A DNA stretch of 64,000 nucleotides, taken from Bacteroidales bacterium UBA1077 (GTDB lineage: Bacteria; Bacteroidota; Bacteroidia; Bacteroidales; UBA932). The DNA is taken from contig DCCQ01000074.1 in NCBI GenBank assembly GCA_002314195.1, positions 4,933 to 68,932 of the forward strand, in the 5' to 3' direction. The notes beneath the pieces were generated by a model that ran no database searches, was not told the DNA's origin, and saw nothing but the letters and a program-made list of their open reading frames with translations. Shown in pieces: positions 59,974-64,000 of this stretch (its first letter is position 1; each line of letters begins with the position of its first letter). The position numbers and the translations under genes were made by a program.

Positions 59974-59984
59974 ACGGACATATA

Positions 59985-60731
59985 TTATCTGTCCAGCCAC
60001 TCCCGGAGTTCAGCTGATTTCTCTTTGCTCAGCGTCAATGGCTGGTCACATCCCTTGAGTCGGATCCTGAGACGTGAGTTGAAGAACAGGCTTATGCGTG
60101 CTATGGAACCGATGTTCGCGATGTATTGCCTGTTGAGCCGGAAGAACATCCTCGGATCAAGTCCGTTCTCCAATTCGCTCATTGTGAACTGGACGGCATT
60201 GGCGTCACCGTCCGCCGACTTGGCATACACGTGCCGCTGATCAAAATAAAAATACAGGATATCCTTCACATTGGCCGGAATCAGTTCATCTCCCTTCCAG
60301 ATCAATATGCGCTCCCTGTAAGCCCGGAGTTCACCGACGACCGTGTCAAGTTTGTCCTTGTTGAACGCTTTCTGCCCGGCGAGGCTTTCAACTTTCTTAA
60401 GCGCGGCGGAAAGACTCTCTTTCTCGATAGGCTTGAGGAGATATTCCACACCGTTGTTCTTGAACGCCTTGAGCGCATATTCGTCATAGGCGGTGGTGAA
60501 TATGACCATACATTCCGGCATCACCGCCTGGAACGCGTCGAACACATCATGATCCCGCAGCCTTATGTCCGAGAAGATAATGTCATATCCGGAATATTCC
60601 GAAAGCCTTGATATGACTTCCGAAGTGGTGGTCAAAAGTCCGTCTATCTCCATATCCGGTCTGAGAGCCTGCAGCATCCGTCTCAACCTGCGGAAACTGA
60701 TCTCCTCGTCTTCTATTATCAATGCTTTCAT
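59985..60731 (-). CDS. LytTR family response regulator
   Basis: IIEDE, SDIRL, FTTAYDEYA, YLLKP receiver; FFRLNRQYI LytTR. Confidence 0.95.
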   Translation of the reverse strand: MKALIIEDEEISFRRLRRMLQALRPDMEIDGLLTTTSEVISRLSEYSGYDIIFSDIRLRDHDVFDAFQAVMPECMVIFTTAYDEYALKAFKNNGVEYLLKPIEKESLSAALKKVESLAGQKAFNKDKLDTVVGELRAYRERILIWKGDELIPANVKDILYFYFDQRHVYAKSADGDANAVQFTMSELENGLDPRMFFRLNRQYIANIGSIARISLFFNSRLRIRLKGCDQPLTLSKEKSAELREWLDR

Positions 60732-61783
60732 AATGATTTGATTATTGGAAGGCTCACCACGAAAAACTGCTCATCACCTTCTTCGGTTATGCTTATTACA
60801 GGCTCCTCTCCACATTCAATTGAATATCTCTTCTTAAGATTATTAAGCCCGATGCCGTTGCCCGGAATGTAGGGTGCTGAGGCTTGTCCATTGTTATAAA
60901 GACTGTTGCTTACTACAAGTCTGTCACCACGTTTGAAAACCAAGATCCGTAGCGGGTGCTCCGGTGACGGACAGTTATGCCTGACAGCATTCTCTATCAA
61001 CAGCTGCATACTCATCGTCAGAATCTTTTCATCGCTCTGGCACTCAAGGCCATCGTCACTGAAATCTATGCTTGCCGGGAAACGGGTCTGCATGATTGAC
61101 ACATACTCCTTGGCGAATATCATCGCTTCCGAAACAGGGACGATGTCTTTTTCAAGACTGTTGATGATATATCTGTATATCCTTGACAGAGAAACGGTAA
61201 AACGCTCCGCCCTGTCCGGATTTTCTTCGATCAACCCCGAAAGGATATTAAGGCTGTTAAAGACAAAGTGAGGATCCATTTGTGATTTGAGAAGTCTTTT
61301 GGTCAAAAGAAGATTCTCCTCTTTTTGCTTGATGACGATATCTGTATATTCTCGTAACACATGGAATTCGGCCACAAAACTGGCAACGATGCAAAAAATA
61401 TATAAACTTCCCCAAAAGTCATCTGTTTCAGGCTTATATATAAATTCGGCGATAAACGTCTCATATAAAACAGCAATCAGAAGATTTAGACAGATTGTTA
61501 GAAAACCGTTGATAATTAGCCTCTTTGGCGTTGTTCGTTGTGGCTGTTTTTTGTGTAGCAAAAAATGTTCGAGAAGAAGACTGGTGAGAGTGAACGTGGC
61601 GCAGTACCCGAAATCTACGAAAATTCCGTTTATATTTATGGACCAAGCGTCGTGACCGACATAGATGGCACTCCATAACAACGAATAAATGACGTATGCC
61701 GCTACTGAGAGGTACAACCATTGTTTTAAGAATGTCAACCACATTAGAAAGAACCCTTCCTTAATATATTGCAATGCTTTCAT
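60728..61783 (-). CDS. LytS-type membrane histidine kinase
   Basis: LKSQMDPHFVFNSLN, QLLIENAVRHN, GIGLNNL; N-terminal TM helices. Confidence 0.93.
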   Translation of the reverse strand: MKALQYIKEGFFLMWLTFLKQWLYLSVAAYVIYSLLWSAIYVGHDAWSININGIFVDFGYCATFTLTSLLLEHFLLHKKQPQRTTPKRLIINGFLTICLNLLIAVLYETFIAEFIYKPETDDFWGSLYIFCIVASFVAEFHVLREYTDIVIKQKEENLLLTKRLLKSQMDPHFVFNSLNILSGLIEENPDRAERFTVSLSRIYRYIINSLEKDIVPVSEAMIFAKEYVSIMQTRFPASIDFSDDGLECQSDEKILTMSMQLLIENAVRHNCPSPEHPLRILVFKRGDRLVVSNSLYNNGQASAPYIPGNGIGLNNLKKRYSIECGEEPVISITEEGDEQFFVVSLPIIKSL

Positions 61784-61994
61784 TCGTCACGTTTTTCACA
61801 AATTTACACAAACAATCGGCAATTGCATCCTATGACAACCCGAAACGGAATTTTATTGTCATATTCAGGATAAATCCTGTATCAAATCATCAAATATTCC
61901 TGTTCGACACGCGAATATTCCTGTTCATACATCCCATTAATCATAATGTCGCTTTTTTAGGGTACATTAGCATCAACTTTAAATTATTCATTTC

Positions 61995-62510
61995 ATGAAA
62001 AAGAGTTTTTTGCGATTGATCATCACGCTTACTGCCTTGTGTGGTGCTATGACAATGTCGGCGCAGGAACATTCACCGAGGTCTGCCGGATATAGGGGAA
62101 GCGTTACTCTTACTGATCAGTATTCTGTCATTGTCGGTTTTGAAACATCACACGGGTACATGTTCAATGAGCATCATTATATAGGTGCTGGAGTAGGCGG
62201 ATTCTTTATCCCTACAGATAATCTGCCACGTTTCGGACAAGTGTTTGCGGATTATCGGGCGTATCTGTCTGACAGATCGAGCACTATGGTGGCCGGTGTC
62301 AAGGCCGGTTTCTGCCATGCTTTCAAGACAGGCAGCGGAGATCACAATGTCTATAGCTTTATGAATGCCGCGACAGTGGAACCAAGTCTTGGCTGGATCT
62401 GGGGTGGTCGGAAAGGAAAAGGATTTGGAATAAATCTTGGCGCCCAGGTCTTTATCCATAAGGATGATGTGGCAGCGTTGCCGAAACTAAACTTATTCTA
62501 CGAGTTCTAA
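61995..62510 (+). CDS. small outer-membrane beta-barrel protein
   Basis: Signal peptide; TSHGYMFN..YIGAGVG; C-terminal YEF. Confidence 0.75.
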   Translation: MKKSFLRLIITLTALCGAMTMSAQEHSPRSAGYRGSVTLTDQYSVIVGFETSHGYMFNEHHYIGAGVGGFFIPTDNLPRFGQVFADYRAYLSDRSSTMVAGVKAGFCHAFKTGSGDHNVYSFMNAATVEPSLGWIWGGRKGKGFGINLGAQVFIHKDDVAALPKLNLFYEF

Positions 62511-62543
62511 CATGGTCTTCAGGGCGGAATTGCAAAAAAGCGT

Positions 62544-62771
62544 TTATCCCCACAGATAATCAGCTATCTTTCGGACAAGTGTTTTCGGATCGCCAGGTGT
62601 ATCTATCTGACAGAACCAGCACAATGGAGAACAGTGCCAAGGCCGGTTTCTGTCACGCTTTCAAGACTGACTGCGGAGACCATTACGGCTATACTTTTAT
62701 TAATGCCGCGACAGTGGACCCAAGTCTTGGTTGGATTTGGGGCGGGCGCAAAGGAAACGGATTTGGCATAA
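62544..62771 (+). pseudogene. diverged partial duplicate of 62205-62432 (internal part of the upstream OMP gene)
   Basis: Colinear ~230-bp repeat sharing blocks such as TTTCGGACAAGTGTTT, CAAGGCCGGTTTCTG, AATGCCGCGACAGTGGA. Confidence 0.9.
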
Positions 62772-63046
62772 GGTTATGCTGGTTCCTTCTGATGGCAATG
62801 CTTTGGCAACGGAGCAGTCTAATGAAGAATATGACTGGTATCACGGGCCTGTTGTCCTTGAGAGACGAAAATTGGGTCAAACGTCTCCCAAGGGTGCAGG
62901 ATGCTCTCTTGGGAATCAAAAGAGACCGAAAGTGACACCGAAGGGAACAAGTCGGGTTAAAATGCGCAATTCCGTTTTTGTTTTCTGTTGAAAGTTTTGA
63001 TTATTTGTGAAGATAGGGTATCTTTAATGATCAAAACACAATCAAT

Positions 63047-64000
63047 ATGAAATCAACACCTCGCAAAACCCGTAAGAAGCCTGCTGTTAAGGAAAAACGT
63101 TTGTCAAACATCGTGAGACCGTCGGATCTGACCTCCAAGGAGTGGCAGATCGCGCTGCGCCGTCAGGCCGCCCAGAAGGAGAACCTTCTTGTGAGACAAC
63201 CTGGAGACGAAGGACAGTACGGAGTTTATGAGGTAAGGAATCCGCTCAGCCACAATGTCTATAAAGTCGTGTACAGAGGGCTGGCAAGCAAGTGGAATTT
63301 CTGCTCGTGCCCTGATTTCAGGACCAACCAGTTGGGAACCTGCAAGCACATCGAGGCGGTCAAAATCTGGCGCACAGACCATCGAAAAGTAAAATTGGGG
63401 GATTTGCCGCCATATTCATCGCTCTATCTGACGTATTCGGAGGATCGCACAATCAGAATCAGGATAGGATCGGTCAGGAGGGCCTCGATGAGGCTTCTTG
63501 CGAGTGAATATTTCTCCTCGGATGGTGTCGCTCTTCCTGACAAGGTTACGGAACTTGAGAACTTTATCGTAAGGGCTAAAGAAATTGATCCTGATTTCCA
63601 TTGCTACCCTGATGTGTTGGATTACATCTCTCAGGCTAAGGATTCGGATTACCGAAAGGGTTATCTGTCCAAACTGACGGACGAGGATTTGGACAACCTG
63701 TTGAAAACCAGCCTGTATCCTTACCAAAAAGAGGGTATCCGTTTTGCTTTTGAGAAAGGCAAGTCCATCATCGCTGACGAGATGGGACTTGGAAAGACAG
63801 TCCAGGCCATCGGGGCGGCGGAACTGCTCCGCAAGTCCGGGCTGGTGTCTTCCGTGCTCATTATCTGCCCGACATCGCTTAAATACCAGTGGCAGAAGGA
63901 GATCGAGAAATTTACCGATTCCTCTGCTGTGGTGATAGAAGGTAATCCTATCAGGCGCGCCCAGATGTACAAGGAAGATGCGTTCTACAAGATTGTCTCC
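63047..64000 (+). CDS. SWIM zinc-finger plus SNF2-family helicase (partial, runs off the window)
   Basis: Hand translation MKSTPRK...FCSCPDFRTNQLGTCKH...LYPYQKEG...IADEMGLGKTVQAI...ICPTSLKYQW; absent from the ORF track because there is no stop in the window. Confidence 0.92.
   Translation, partial: MKSTPRKTRKKPAVKEKRLSNIVRPSDLTSKEWQIALRRQAAQKENLLVRQPGDEGQYGVYEVRNPLSHNVYKVVYRGLASKWNFCSCPDFRTNQLGTCKHIEAVKIWRTDHRKVKLGDLPPYSSLYLTYSEDRTIRIRIGSVRRASMRLLASEYFSSDGVALPDKVTELENFIVRAKEIDPDFHCYPDVLDYISQAKDSDYRKGYLSKLTDEDLDNLLKTSLYPYQKEGIRFAFEKGKSIIADEMGLGKTVQAIGAAELLRKSGLVSSVLIICPTSLKYQWQKEIEKFTDSSAVVIEGNPIRRAQMYKEDAFYKIVS

Noticed and set aside
62205..62771. Diversity-generating retroelement VR/TR pair
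   Set aside because: Mismatches are not adenine-specific (many C/T and G/T changes) and no reverse transcriptase is in the window

Overview
Chromosomal window from a Bacteroidales bacterium. The assignment is inferred from TAnnTTTG -7 promoter boxes, SusC/SusD, NigD and overall gene content. Most of the window is housekeeping backbone: def, phosphomannomutase, argH, typA, rpmF, rlmH, lnt, rng, HU, lon, ung, coaD, fba and three tRNAs. A peptidoglycan-recycling gene string (DUF4922-SpoIID fusion, AmpG-like MFS, NamZ, AmgK-RapZ-C fusion, MurU-like) is interrupted by an ~10.7 kb ECF-sigma/FecR/SusC/SusD/phosphodiesterase module bracketed by a 10-bp direct repeat. At the right edge of that module is an ~385-bp structured, apparently non-coding element that I read as a transposase-less IS110/IS1111-type unit keeping its guide (bridge/seek-like) RNA; this is the most interesting and least certain call. 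A ~25-bp palindromic REP-like family is dispersed through the window, including an in-frame cluster inside the SpoIID domain. After fba there is a variable region with an IS66 remnant, a frameshifted lipoprotein, a LytS/LytTR pair, a duplicated OMP fragment and a partial SWIM-SNF2 helicase. No CRISPR array or rRNA was seen.
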